DNA of 64,000 nucleotides from Catajapyx aquilonaris (taxonomy: Eukaryota): the NCBI GenBank assembly GCA_000934665.2, contig KZ538073.1, forward strand, positions 1 to 64,000, given 5' to 3'. This document shows positions 12,384 through 25,887 of this stretch, one piece after another. How positions within the stretch are numbered: position 1 is the stretch's first letter; each line of letters starts with the position of its first letter. A model generated the notes under the pieces. The model was given only the letters and a program-made list of their open reading frames with translations. It did not search any database and was not told where the DNA came from. The translations under genes and the position numbers were made by a program.

Positions 12384-12985
12384 GTCGATGGAGATGACCA
12401 ACTTTGATGTGAAGAACTACCTCGGGAGAAGATCTACAAGGTTCCTGTCGTGGACATACATTTGAACATCAAAATTGGTGATTATCTCGATTCCCTTCTG
12501 CATATGTCGAGGCAAAAGCATGTGGATAAATGCAATGCCAGTATTCCAATATTAATATTGTAGCACTGGATAATACGTTTCAATCTTTAGAATTCAAAAT
12601 TATATGCAATTTTTTTCAGGTCAAACAAGAAGGCATCCAATTAACTAATTAAGTGTTATGTGATTAAGGATGATGATTTCAAGGTTGCCTCTGTAATATT
12701 GGTATGTTGATCAAACATGACATGAGCGAGTGTTACAGACTAACTTTTTTCAGCCTAAACCTAAAGACATTGAAGTTTGAATTCCCCACATTGTACCCCG
12801 AGGGGAAAAAAAGAGGAGGAAGACAGGTACATGAAGCAATTGGATGAGGCGAAGAAGTCAGACGAAGAGGGGAAGGCTCATAGGTGTGTCTGGATGATTT
12901 AGTATGTGAACATGGTGAGGTTATTGTACATACAGCTTGATTTTGCTAAATAAATTGTAGAATTTGTTCATAAAATGTTTATGTA
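12384..12985 (+). pseudogene. Partial duplicated mRpL23 pseudogene (3' part with introns and 3' UTR)
   Basis: Copy of ~8203-8790 beginning mid-exon 2 (gtcgatggagatgaccaa...). Frameshifting indels (ctcgggagaag vs ctggagaag), introns retained, no promoter or start. Confidence 0.9.
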
Positions 12986-13094
12986 ATTGAGAGTACACAC
13001 TGCTGATCAGTGTTCGTTTCTGCTCAGTTTGGATGATTTTTTTGGTCTGGAAAATGCGGAAAATGAAAGGGGACATTATTAAACTCGTAACTTA

Positions 13095-15693
13095 TTACAT
13101 GTGAACTGTGTCATGGTCTACCTTAGGACTTATCCAGATAGCATCCAGCTTCATGAAGGGCATCTCCGCACATACGCTCAAAACAAAAGCGGCCAGAAGA
13201 GATGCAATGAGGTGGGAAAAGTACAGGTACATCTGAAATGACAGATGGTATTAACTACATCAACCACGAATGCAATAGTCGAGAGCATATACCATTGAGT
13301 ACCAGTCATAGACCATCACGGTTCTTTGTGTGAGATGGTAATACAGCTGCACATGCAGGGACACAAGATATATGCCATAGGCCAGTTTTCCTAGAGGAAC
13401 AAAGACCTTCCAGGAGAGGAAGGCGTTGACTGGCCCTCCAAACCCGAACAAGCAGGCATAAATGAGCCAGGCAATGCTCAAAGCCCAAGCCAGACGATGG
13501 AGACTGTTGTAGGCTGCAGAGAGTGATACTGACGGAGGAGGACTGTTCCAAGCATAGTACGGCTGCAGGCCATACACCACTGCCAAACACGTGGCCACTG
13601 ATGACACCCATCCCAACACTATGAAAACCTGAAAATATCATGTGCTCATTATTTCCTGCACATTTTGCAACAATTCCAGGAAGTACCTTGGGCGGTTTCA
13701 TGTTTTGTCCATTTCTGCGACAAATGAATGCTCCAAGCGCCATTCCCACAAGATACGGGGCTGCTCTTGTGTATGGTTTCATATACAGTTGTTGAAAGTA
13801 CACCACTATATTTCTGCTCAAAAAAACAACACATGACATATTTTTATTTAACTGACATAACTATTTTTAATCAAAATGTGCATGAAAATACTCACGGACT
13901 TGTAATGCCGTGAGTTAATGGTATGAGTTGCAAGAAATAAGTGATCAGCGCACTGCACAGTGAGGCTGCAACAATTAGCAGCAGTACAAGCCCTGTGCCA
14001 AAATTGGGCCAACGCCGAAGTGGATAGAATACAAGTGGTGAAACCCAGTACAACTGCATATCAACTGCGAGGTACCAAGACTCCCCGACACACTGAAAGA
14101 ATAAAACCAGATATGAGAATATGCAGGACTCAGAGAAAAAAAAATGAAAGCTTACGCTTACAGTGTAGTCCAAGTTGATAAAGTTGTTCATGTAGATGAG
14201 GTTGACCCACCAGTTCTTCAGGCATGGTTCAACCTGCCACTTGATCATCGTCCACCACAGTGGTCCACTGCCCAGAATCGGCATGATCCCAACTACAAAT
14301 GCTATGAACAATGCATACGGTGGAGTGAGCCTGGAAGAAAGAGTGTCACATACAAATTACATGAAACGAATTTATTATGAGACCATTACCACATCGATGA
14401 GGAAACCGAATCTGTACCTGAAATAACGATGGATGTAAAATTTCGGATAATTAAAAACTCCATCTGAACTGTCCAATTTACGGAAAGTTACGTAGCATAA
14501 CAAGAGACCAGATAAAACCATGAAGGTGTCCACTGCCAAATCTCCAACAAATATGGCATGAAGGCTCCACTTTGGTCGCTCCTGAAATGACAGACATCTC
14601 ATGTAAAATCTAATTGGCATAATTAAACCATAGTACAACATACTTCGATGTAACGCAATGGGTTTTTAATGGGTGTTTGAGTAATCATGTACCAAGTGTG
14701 CACCAAGACAACCCAAGTAGCACTCAAGAATCGAAGTCCATGAAGACAGCTCAGATCTCCTTTGGGAGTAGTGGTGTCCAAGAATTTGCTCACGTTTTCG
14801 TATAAGGAAAATGCCAAGAGCGATTTTAATCCTCGATCTGAAACGCAAATCATTTTTTCAATTACTGTACTGTCAGGTGTAAATATTGCAACAAGTGTGC
14901 TCCCTTGATCCAGCGAGTTTGTCCGTGTTGAAGTAATTGGCGTACAAATCTAACACAGTCGCAACAATCGTGGCGAGCAAAAGCACCGCAATAATTGTTC
15001 TGAAAATTGCATGCCACATGTTATAATTAGCAGTAAATTTGATTTAAATTGATACCAACATTACACAAACAGTTGATGCGGTGTAAGTGGGCTGCATCTC
15101 TTCTGAGCAGGCATATTCATCAATTCTAACTGTTGACGAAGCGTTGTCATCTAACACTCGAGTGAAGTCTTGCAACACTTTTTGAATATGGAAAGCTGTG
15201 TCGTTTCCATAACATGTGGAAGGCACACACACTCCGATATGATACGCATTAGCATCTGCCTGTGGAAAGAACAATGCTCTCTGTTTATTACAAACAGTAG
15301 GCTATGTTAATACAGATCCGAAGGAAAGTAATTTAAAAAATTAAAAACCAAAGGGAACATGCCAATTTTCAGTTATGAGAAGCTTAACTCACCTGTTTAT
15401 CAGTTTCATTACTATTTCGGAGCAGCTCCATCAGACAATATTTACCTCTTGCGTCTGATGTGTTTGTGTCGAAGTGTACTGATCGACATTCATCAAAATC
15501 TCCAAAAGAGACTTTATTTCCTTCCAGGATTCCATCAGGGATCCTTCCCCATGAATCCCACACTGCATTTAAGAAAGTTTGCAATCAGTTTAGGACACTA
15601 TGCCACTCGATACTTTTACTTACACTTTTTAGCCCACAGTACACCACGTTTCCTCTCGTCTATCACGTCTTTAAAGTCTCGTGAGCAGTCCAT
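13095..15693 (-). CDS. NRF-6-like acyltransferase, copy 2 (possibly defective)
   Basis: Same exons and motifs as copy 1; stop TAA at 13095-13097; one splice donor reads GG instead of GT (14903-14904). Confidence 0.78.
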
Positions 15694-17227
15694 TTCGCTT
15701 CTCGGGTACTCGTTTGTACTACAAGTAATTTACGTGCAATTTAATCTGTTGGCTACTGGATCCTGTCAACAAAACATAATAAATATTGCACTGCTTAACT
15801 GATGTTGTAACTTCAATGTTATGCAGTGATCGAAAGGAAATATTCAAAATTATGTGAAGTAGGGGCTATATCGTTACATGGTTGTTTGTTACGCAATAGG
15901 ATTTGAAAAATAAAAACAAATATAAAGGTTATTTCAACGTATTTGTGACCTCTGCTTATCTGTTAAAGAAAAGCAATTGACATTTGAGATCTGGACAGTA
16001 TAATAAGCATGGTTTTCCTAGTGTTGGAAGATATAGAGAGAAGTGGGACAGTGCTACATAATTTGACGAGTGTCCGTCACATGACTATCGAGTGTATAAT
16101 TAGGTAGAGACGGAAATGGGCAAATTGAACTTCTTTGAACAAGGTTTTTGTAAAATGAATTTTTAATTGTAAAACTCTTGGCAAACCTATTACGCGGATT
16201 AATTTTTACACAACTCACATTTGGATAAAAATACTGTGGTATCCTTGTTAAATATTGACGAACAAAAAGAGGCCATGTGATAGCGACGATATAATTATGT
16301 TTATCTGTGATAATGTTGCCTCACTCACATCCCAACACTGACTGTTCACTTGTACAGTGCACACTACATACTAGCGAAATTTTCGTACAGTACATAATTA
16401 TGCAGAACATTTAATCTTCTGGAGATGTACTGTACGTATATACATAGTAGCCTATACCTTCAGATGTTGATTAAATTGCACTAAAATTATGTAAGTATTC
16501 CGGTACCGGTACCTGATTAACCAAAACAGTATCGTACCTACAAGACAGTCTGAAATCAGAAATACCTTGAACGCAGAATCACTATTGCACTTTCATCCTG
16601 TTATCATACAAGGCGCCAACAATAATATAACAACAATAATATCATGTACTGTACCTAATGCTCCAAGCTATGCTCCCATCCTGACACAATGGCACGCATC
16701 ACCTGTCACAACAACATACTCCATTGTGTGACACAACAGGTAACATGTACCCCTCACGAAACATCCTTGTCCAATCACCTTTTGGTATAAATTGAGTTAG
16801 GCATCATGTAATGTAATGGTAAAATCAATAGTCTTCTGAAGAAATATTCACTCGTAGATTTGTGAAAAATCATGGCATAATTTATTATACACCAAAAAAT
16901 TGAACCGCATCCTTATCTAAAAAAAATAATAAAATTGTGACTGATCTGCATGGTTTTCGTATGAATAAACTTGCGAGTTATAACAAAAATCGATGTTTCT
17001 CTTGAACTTGTTTGGGCATACAGTACATTTTATTAGTATACTCGTCTATAATCTTGGTACAGTGTCTGATACTGTGGTAAAGTCATTTTGGCAGACATGA
17101 CCTTGTTAGTACATGTAAAATATACAGTGAGTGTCCGTAACATTTTCCTGCAGTTGCTTGAGATGATATATGCTACTGTTCATTTCTGCTCAGTTTGGAT
17201 GATTTTCTTGGTCTGGAAAATGAAAGG

Positions 17228-19816
17228 TTACATTATTACACTCGTAACTTCCATGTGAACTGTGTCATGGTCTACCTTAGGACTTATCCAGATAGCATCC
17301 AGCTTCATGAAGGGCATCTCCGCACATATGCTCAAAACAAAAGCAGCCAGAAGAGATGCAATGAGGTGGGAAAAGTAGAGATACATCTGAAATGACAGAA
17401 AGTATTAACTACGTCAGCCACGAATACAATATTCGAGAGCCTATACCATCGAGTACCAGTCATAGACCATCACGGTTCTTTGTGTGAGATGGTAATACAG
17501 CTGCACATGCAGGGACACAAGATATATGCCATAGGCCAGTTTTCCTAGAGGAACAAAGACCTTCCAGGAGAGGAAGGCGTTGACTGGCCCTCCAAACCCG
17601 AACAGGCAGGCATAAATGAGCCAGGCAATGCTCAAAGCCCAAGCCAGACGATGGAGACTGTTGTAGGCTGCAGAGAGTGATACTGACGGAGGAGGACTGT
17701 TCCAAGCATAGTACGGCTGCAGGCCATACACCACTGCCAAGCACGTGGCCACTGATGACACCCATCCTAACACTATGAAAACCTGAAAATGTGATGTGCT
17801 CATTATTTCCTACACAATTTGCAACAATTCCATCAGGAAGTACCTTAGGCGGTTTCATGTTTTGTCCATTTCTGCGACGAATGAATGCTCCAAGCGCCAT
17901 TCCCACAAGAAACGGGGCTGCTCTTGTGTATGGTCTCATATACAGTTGTTGAAAGTACGCCACTATATTTCTGCTCTCAAAAATAACATGTGACATATTT
18001 TTTATTTAACTCACATAACTATTTTTGTTCGAAAATGTGCATTAAAATACTCACGGGCTCGTAATGCCCGACGGCATGAGTTGCAAGAAGTAAGTGATAA
18101 GCCCATTGCACAGTGAGACCGCAACAATTAGCAGCAGTACAAGACCGGCGCCAAAGTTGGGCCAACGCCAAAGTGGGTAGAATACAAGTGGTGAAACCCA
18201 GTACAACTGCATATCGACTGCGAGGTACCAAGACTCCCCGACGCACTGAAAGAATAATGAGATATGAGAATAATTATGCAGGACTCAGCAGAGAAAAATG
18301 AAGCCTTACAATGTTATCCAGGTTGATAAAGTTGTTCATGTAGATGAGGTTAACCCACCAGTTCTTCAGGCATGGTTCAACCTGCTGCTTGATCATCATC
18401 CACCACAGTGGTCCACTGCCCAGAATCGGCATGATCCCAACTACAAATGCTATGAACAATGCATATGGTGGAGTGAGCCTGGAAAAACCAATATCACATG
18501 CAAATAACATGAACTGAATATTGTTTTTCCACTGTTAACCATACCTGAAATAACGATGGATGTAAAATTTCGGATAATTAAAAACTCCGTCTGAACTGTC
18601 CAATTTGCGGAAAGTTACGTAGCATAACAAGAGACCGGATAAAACCATGAAGGTGTCCACTGCCAAATCTCCAACAAATATGGCATGAAGGCTCCACTTT
18701 GGACGTTCCTGAAATAACAGCCATCTCATGTAAAAATCTAATTGGCATAATTAAAGCACAGTACAACATACTTCGATGTAACGCAATGGGTTTTTAATGG
18801 GGATGACCGTAGCCATGTACCAAGTGTGTACCAAGACAACCCAAGTAGCACTCATGAATCGAAGTCCATGAAGACAGCTCAGATCTCCTTTGGGAGTAGT
18901 GGTGTCCAAGAATTTGCTCACGTTTTCGTATAAAGAAAATGCCAGGAGCGATTTTACTCCTCGATCTGAAACACAAATTGTTTCAATATATAGCTGTAAC
19001 AAGTCACTTGCAAATTGCAACAGGTAGTGTGCTCACTTGATCCTGCGAGTTTGTCCGAGTTGAAGTAATTGGCGTACAAATCTAACGCAGTCGCAACAAT
19101 CGTAGCGAGCAAAAGCACCGCAATAATTGTTCTGAAATTTGAATGCCACATGTAATAATAATTATAGCAGTAAATATTATTTTAAATGCTACTTACATTA
19201 CACAAATAGTTCCTGCGGTGTAAGTTGGCTGCATCTCTTCTGAGCAGGCATATTCATCAATTTTAACAGTTGAAGAAGTGTTGTCGTCTAACACTCGAGT
19301 AAAATTTTGCAACACTTTTTGAATCTGGAAAGCTGTGTCGTTTCCAGCACATGTAGAAGGAACGCACACACCGATCTGATACGCATTAGCATCTGCCTGT
19401 GATAATATAAATATGCCATGTTAATAATTACGAACAATGTATTTAATATATGTCTGATTGGAACGAATTTTTGAAAGTGAAATTAAAAAGGAATCGGCAC
19501 GTGCAAATTTTCCGAGAAGCTTACCTGCTCATTACGATTTTGGAGCAGCTCCATCAGACAATATTTACCTCGTACATCTGATGCTTTTGTGTCGAAGTGA
19601 ACTGATCGACATTCATCGAAATCTCCGAAAGATATTTTATTTCCTTCCAGGATTCCATCAGGGATCCTTCCCCATGAATCCCACACTGCAGTTAAGAAAG
19701 ATTGCAATCATTTTAGGACTCTGTACCACTCGATACTTTTACTTACGCTTTTTAGCCCACAATACACCACGTTTCCTCTCGTCTATCACGTCTTTAAAGT
19801 CTCGTGAGCAGTCCAT
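17228..19816 (-). CDS. NRF-6-like acyltransferase, copy 3
   Basis: Same exon series and motifs (WDSWGRIPDGILEGN, CLHGLRFMS, AVDTFMVLSG, RLTPPY, EMPF); stop TAA at 17228-17230; start codon uncertain. Confidence 0.87.
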
Positions 19817-22800
19817 TTCGCTTGTCAGGTACTCGTTTGTACTACGTACAACCTAATCTGTACTGGATCCTGTCAACAAAATAGAATAAATTACGTACAC
19901 TCCTTAACTTATGTTGTAACTTTAAGGTTATTCAGCGATCGAAAATAAATATGCAAAATATTATCCTTATTGCTTCAATCATGTTTGTGGCGTTATGCAA
20001 TCGGTTTTGAAGGGGGGAAAAAGTGCAAGGTTTTATTCAATGCGTTCGTGACATCTGCTTGTCTAAAGAAAAGGAAATGACATTTGAGACGTGGACAGTA
20101 TAATAAGCATGGATTTTCTTAAGTGTTGTAGTGGGACAGTGTTACATAATTTGATGAGTGTCCCCCACATGAATGTCTATCGAGTATAATTATGATAAAA
20201 AATGAGAAAGGTACAAGGTTTTTGTCAAATGAATTTATAATTGCAGAACTGAATTATCCGACATTAATTTTTGCACAGCCTATACTTTTGCTCAAACTGG
20301 TGTCCTTGTAATGTAGACGAACAAAAAGAGGCCAACGGCGTTTACCATGTGATAGCAATGATACACTGTATGACTGTATATACCTGTGATAAAGTTGCCT
20401 CACTCACATCCTAACACTGAGTGCACAGTGCATACTTCACACTAGAAAATATTCTGCAGGTGTATACTCGTGTACAGTACTTTTAGAGCACTAAAATTGC
20501 ACTAAGATTACGTAAGGAGTAAAGAGTATATGTACTGGTTCGTGATAACCTTAAACAGTATCGTACCTACAAGTCTGAAATGACAAATACCGCCAACAAT
20601 AATGATGATGTAATGTACTGCACCTACGCTCCCATCCTGACACAAATGGCACACATCACCTGTCACAACAGCACCAGGATGTGACACAGCAGGTACGTAA
20701 CATGTAGCCTACCCCTCACAAAAACACCCTTGTCACTAATTTTGTTTCACTGAGAACTTTTGCCGTTTCAAATTTCGCACATCCTACGCAGCAGATAAAC
20801 TTTTCCTGAATCCTAATACCCTATGCATTCCGAGGTGTACTGTACGTCACAACAAGTGCATTGATCAGCCTTGACGTTTCCAGCCACACTCGATCCTCCT
20901 CGCTTCTATAGATTTGCCTCGTTTATATCACACATCTAGTAAAACACGTGACCAGCTATCTGATTAGTGTGATACTCTTTTTATGTATAATTACATCACT
21001 GAAATGTTTATCTCCTGCAATAATTTCAAGTTAAAATTATTGATCAGTCACCGTTTGGTCGATTTAGGCGTCATGTAATTTTTAATAGTGAAATCAGTAG
21101 TTTTCTGGAGAGATGTTCAGTTGTTCACTCACAGTTCGTGAACAAACATGGCATATTATACACCAAATATTGAACAATTCTTATCTTAAAAAGATAATTA
21201 ATGTGGTGACTATGATCTTCATGGTCTTCATCATATGAATGAACACTGCGAGTTAACAAAAATGCACCCACCTCTTTGATTTACCTTCTCGAACCTGACT
21301 GACCCCAAAATGTTATTATCCTATTTCAATCCGGCACTGAATGGTCACTTGTCAGTTAAGTACGATGGCATCCCGAAAATCAGCATACAATGGGGTGTAT
21401 GATCCAAAGATTTGCGAAATGGATCCCCTACACAGGAGGTATTTTCTGTATCTGATGTAGTACCTATAGAGTAAATTCATTCGCTGGCTAGTTACGTCCG
21501 TCTCTGCTGGACTCGTGTGAATTACTATGACTCTATGAGAATTTTTGCCAAGGACGGATTGGCAAAACGACCTTGCAATCACGACAAGCAGAATACATCA
21601 CAACAAGTGGCGTATAGAAGGTATCAGCACTAGGTCAAAATATTATCAAAGATTCTCGATTTGGTGCACTAATTTTTTTTTGGCAATATTTCTATGTAGG
21701 CTATAGTGATTTTATGGTTCGTGGAGTACTTACCAGCTTGCCTGAAGCAGTGATATTCTTGGCTAGAACCCTTCAGTATTTATACTGTAGTTTATAATCT
21801 ATACAAATCAAGTTTATCAGGATAAATCATTCGTAGGCTACTACATCTCTGATGTATTTATCTCGCAAAAGCAAGATGTGCAAGGACAAGGTTATTGCCC
21901 TCTCAATTAGGGCCTACTACACAATCAGCACAGTGTATAAAAAGTTGATATCACAAGTGAATTACGTATATACGACCAGTTGCTTACATAACATTCTCGA
22001 TACACCCTAACTATGGTGGGCGTGCTACGAGTAAAAGTAACGTAAAGTAACGCAAAAGAGTGATCCAGACTCGTATTAATGCCATTTCAGTGTTTTATTC
22101 GCAAATAACGCTACATTTTTATTTGTAACTGAATATCGCTGTGTGCTAAATCCATACCGTATAGTATATTGTTGACAAAATAATACATACGGTAATGATG
22201 TTTTATAAGCTGACTGAATTGGAAGCTATATCGATTGATCATATTATTGGTGGACAAAAGCTGGCAATAAGGATGAGCGAGTGACGTTATTCGAAATATT
22301 GAATTTTCCAGACGTCTATACATGTATGAATCAATAATTATTACGTAGAATATAATTTTTTTGCATACAATGTTGTACAGTACCTTAAATTGTTATCATG
22401 CGATTTTCGTCGTACAAAAGCAACGACTGGCAATAATGAGTAATTTGCATTTTATTGATATATTGAATTTTCCAAGTGTAAAAGTATCATTCAATTGCAC
22501 AGGATGATTTTTTTAAAAATTGCATGCAATGTTGGGTCCTTTACCATGAGATATATCCTGCAGCCTGCTAACTGAGAGCAATGAACTTCAGCAGCACATA
22601 TGTAACGCATCGGGAACAGACCCAATGTTATTCCGATAAGATACGTACAGTTCAATCACCTTCCCATTAAGCACTACTGTGCAGCGACATTGACCGCAAC
22701 ACCATCTCAAGTACTTGTCATCTTATTCGTTAATCTACATTCGCAATCTACACAAATTCGCAGCGTTCGACCTTGAAAACGCGCGCCATTTCCATAAGCC

Positions 22801-22971
22801 GCTAGTTGAACCCGCTATTTATTAACAGTAGCCGCTACGTCTTCACCTGGCAACTGTGCTTTGCTCTCACCCCTCCTCCACCTGGCAACTGTGTTCCCAC
22901 CCCCCTCGGCCATCTTTCTTTTCCCCCATTCGGCTTGAGAAGAAAGGAGAAGGCGTGGTGCACGGTCTTCT

Positions 22972-22986
22972 TTTCCAGAAGGTTCT
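22972..22986 (+). promoter_or_regulatory. Candidate heat-shock element upstream of CCT5
   Basis: tTTCcaGAAggTTCt is a perfect three-unit nTTCn-nGAAn-nTTCn, about 50 bp before the chaperonin ATG. Confidence 0.55.
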
Positions 22987-23033
22987 TTTTTCCTCTTCTT
23001 GTTGCGAAGACTACTCCAGCAGCAGGCAGAGCC

Positions 23034-25887
23034 ATGTCGTCGATCCCAGGCGCTCTGGCGTTCGACGAGTACGGCAGGCCATTCATCATCATCAGGGACC
23101 AGGAGAAGCAGAGGAGGCTCATCGGAGTTGAGGCCATCAAGGTGAGGGTTGCGTGGGAGGGCACGGGGAGGGAAAAGAAAGAGAGGGAGTCATCAGAGAA
23201 CCCTATAAGGACTGGTGTTCCACACTGGATGTTCTTTCTTAATAATAAATCGGTAGATAAATTATGCGAGGAGATGAATAGATAACCGATCAATAGAATG
23301 AAATATACTGTACAAACGAAATCAATACATTACTTCACTAGGCAAAAAAAAAAAGTCATTGTAAATAATGTAATTTGCAAGTAATTGCTCAAGTACACTG
23401 TAAACTGCAAAACATTAAGGTGAGCCTCTCATGGTACTGTATCGCTCAAAAAGATAGAGACGATTGGCATTTGATTCAAGTGCAAGTTGCACTTGAGTCA
23501 AATGCAAAATCGTCTCTATCTTTTTGGGCGATATAGTACATCCATTTTTAATGCTCTTGTAATGCTTATTAGCTACAAAAAAAAACAGCATCGCAAGAAC
23601 ATTAGAAGAGCATTAAAAATTGATGCAATTTTTTAATGCTCTTGTTGCGCTTTTTTTGTAGTTAAAAAGCATCGCAGGAGCATTAGAAGAGGATTAAAAT
23701 TTTGTTTCGTGAGACTAGTGATGCTCTTTTAAGGTTTTGCGGTTTACAGGGTAGATAAAAATCAATAGACAAAATATAATGTACAAAATAATAATAATCG
23801 ATATAAATAGATAAAGCAATTGGCAAAGTGTATTCCTGATTATCCGGGTTTCGGATTATCTGGGCATGGCTGAAACAAAGAAAAGTCTGAAAAAATGTCA
23901 ATTTTTCTCGCAAACAAAGGAAAACATAAATTCATTGATCGATGGCTTATTAGGATATGTAGACACGAGTTACTTAATAGTAATTTGTGGCTCTCATTGC
24001 AGTCCCACATTTTGGCTGCACGCTCCATTGCAAGTACGATCAAGACCTCTCTTGGGCCGAAGGGACTGGATAAGATGATGGTGTCGGCAGATGGGGACGT
24101 GACCATTACTAACGATGGGGCTACCATCCTGAGCATGATGGACGTGGACCATGAGATTGCCAAGCTGATGGTGCAGCTGTCCCAGTCGCAGGACGACGAG
24201 ATCGGAGATGGAACCACCGGAGTTGTTGGTTTGTGCTCTTTGACTGCTTTAGTCACTGTCTGAATATTCCAGTTGTGATGACCATGTTGCAATTGATGTA
24301 ACATATGCTTATGTCCACTCTGGCAGTGTTGGCTGGCTCTTTGTTGGAGCAAGCTGAACACTTGATCGACAAGGGGATCCATCCAATCCGTATTGCTGAT
24401 GGGTTTGAGCTGGCGGCCCAGTGCGCCATACGCCACCTGGAGAGCATCTCCGAGTCCTTCCCTGTGGACAGGGAAAATCTTGAGCCGCTAATACAGACGG
24501 CCATGACTACTCTGGGATCCAAGATGTAAGCTTTATATTCCAGATAATTTTGATATATGTTGCTTGACTAATGCGGATATTTTTTGCCAGCATCAACAAG
24601 TGCCACCGGCAGATGGCAGAGATAGCTGTGAATGCGGTGTTGGCAGTGGCGGACATGGAGAAGCGTGACGTCAACTTCGAGCTGATTAAGGTGGAGGGGA
24701 AAGTCGGAGGTCGGTTGGAAGACACGATGCTGGTGAAGGGCGTGGTTGTGGACAAGGACTTTTCCCACTCGCAGATGCCCAAGGTTCTAAAGGATGTGAA
24801 GTTGGCCATCCTCACCTGCCCGTTCGAACCCCCCAAGCCAAAGACCAAGCATAAGCTTGACGTCACCTCCGTCGAGAGCTACCAGGAGCTGCTCAAGTAC
24901 GAGCAGGCTCAGTTTATCGACATGGTCAAGAAGGTGAGTTGGCACTGGTATGAACGAGGAACGCTCACTGTAACGATTTGCGATTAATTTTGCAGGTGAA
25001 GGACGCAGGTGCCACTCTGGCCATCTGCCAATGGGGATTTGACGACGAGGCCAACCATCTTCTTCTGCAGAATGAACTGCCTGCTGTCCGCTGGGTTGGA
25101 GGCCCCGAGATTGAGTTAATTGCGATCGCAACTGGCGGCCGCATTGTCCCCCGATTCGAGGAGTTGAGCCCCGAGAAGCTGGGTAAGGCAGGACTAGTCC
25201 GTGAGCTGTCGTTCGGAACTACCAAGGATAAGATGCTGGTGATTGAGGAGTGCCCAAACTCCAGGGCAGTCACCATCTTCATCCGAGGCGGCAACAAGAT
25301 GATAGTGGAGGAGGCCAAGCGCAGCATACATGATGCCATCTGTGTGGCTAGGAACCTCGTTAGGGAGAACAGAGTGGTGTACGGTGGCGGTGCGGCCGAG
25401 ATATCCTGCGCAATCGCAGTGGCTAGGGAAGCCGATTCTGTAAGTAGCCACTTGGATCAAGTCGATTTGCTGCTAATACATGACCATTTTTATACTATTG
25501 CGCAGATCTCATCGCTGGAACAGTACGCTTTCCATGCTTTCTCCGAGGCCCTAGAGAGCATTCCTTTGGCGCTTGCGGAAAACGCAGGTCTCTCCCCAAT
25601 ATATTATCTTACTGAAATCAAGTCGCGACAGATTAAGGATATGAACCACGCTCTCGGAATTGATTGCATGGCTGTTGGACATTGCGGTACGTGTTTTTTT
25701 CCCCACTTCTATTAATCTAGGCGGAAATTTATATGACCATATATATTCCTCTTCAGATATGCGTAAGCAGCATGTGATTGAAACGCTGCACAGCAAGAAG
25801 CAGCAGATCATGCTTGCCACTCAGCTGGTCAAGATGATTCTGAAGATTGACGACGTACGAAGTCCAGCAGATCACCACGGGTTTTAA
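23034..25887 (+). CDS. CCT5: T-complex protein 1 subunit epsilon
   Basis: [91 protein letters not shown]. Multi-exon, GT-AG. Confidence 0.97.
23434..23539. repeat. 106-bp near-perfect palindrome (likely TA-flanked MITE) in CCT5 intron 1
   Basis: gtactgtatcgctcaaaaagatagagacgattggcatttgattcaagtgcaa-g-ttgcacttgagtcaaatgcaaaatcgtctctatctttttgggcgatatagtac. Confidence 0.8.
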
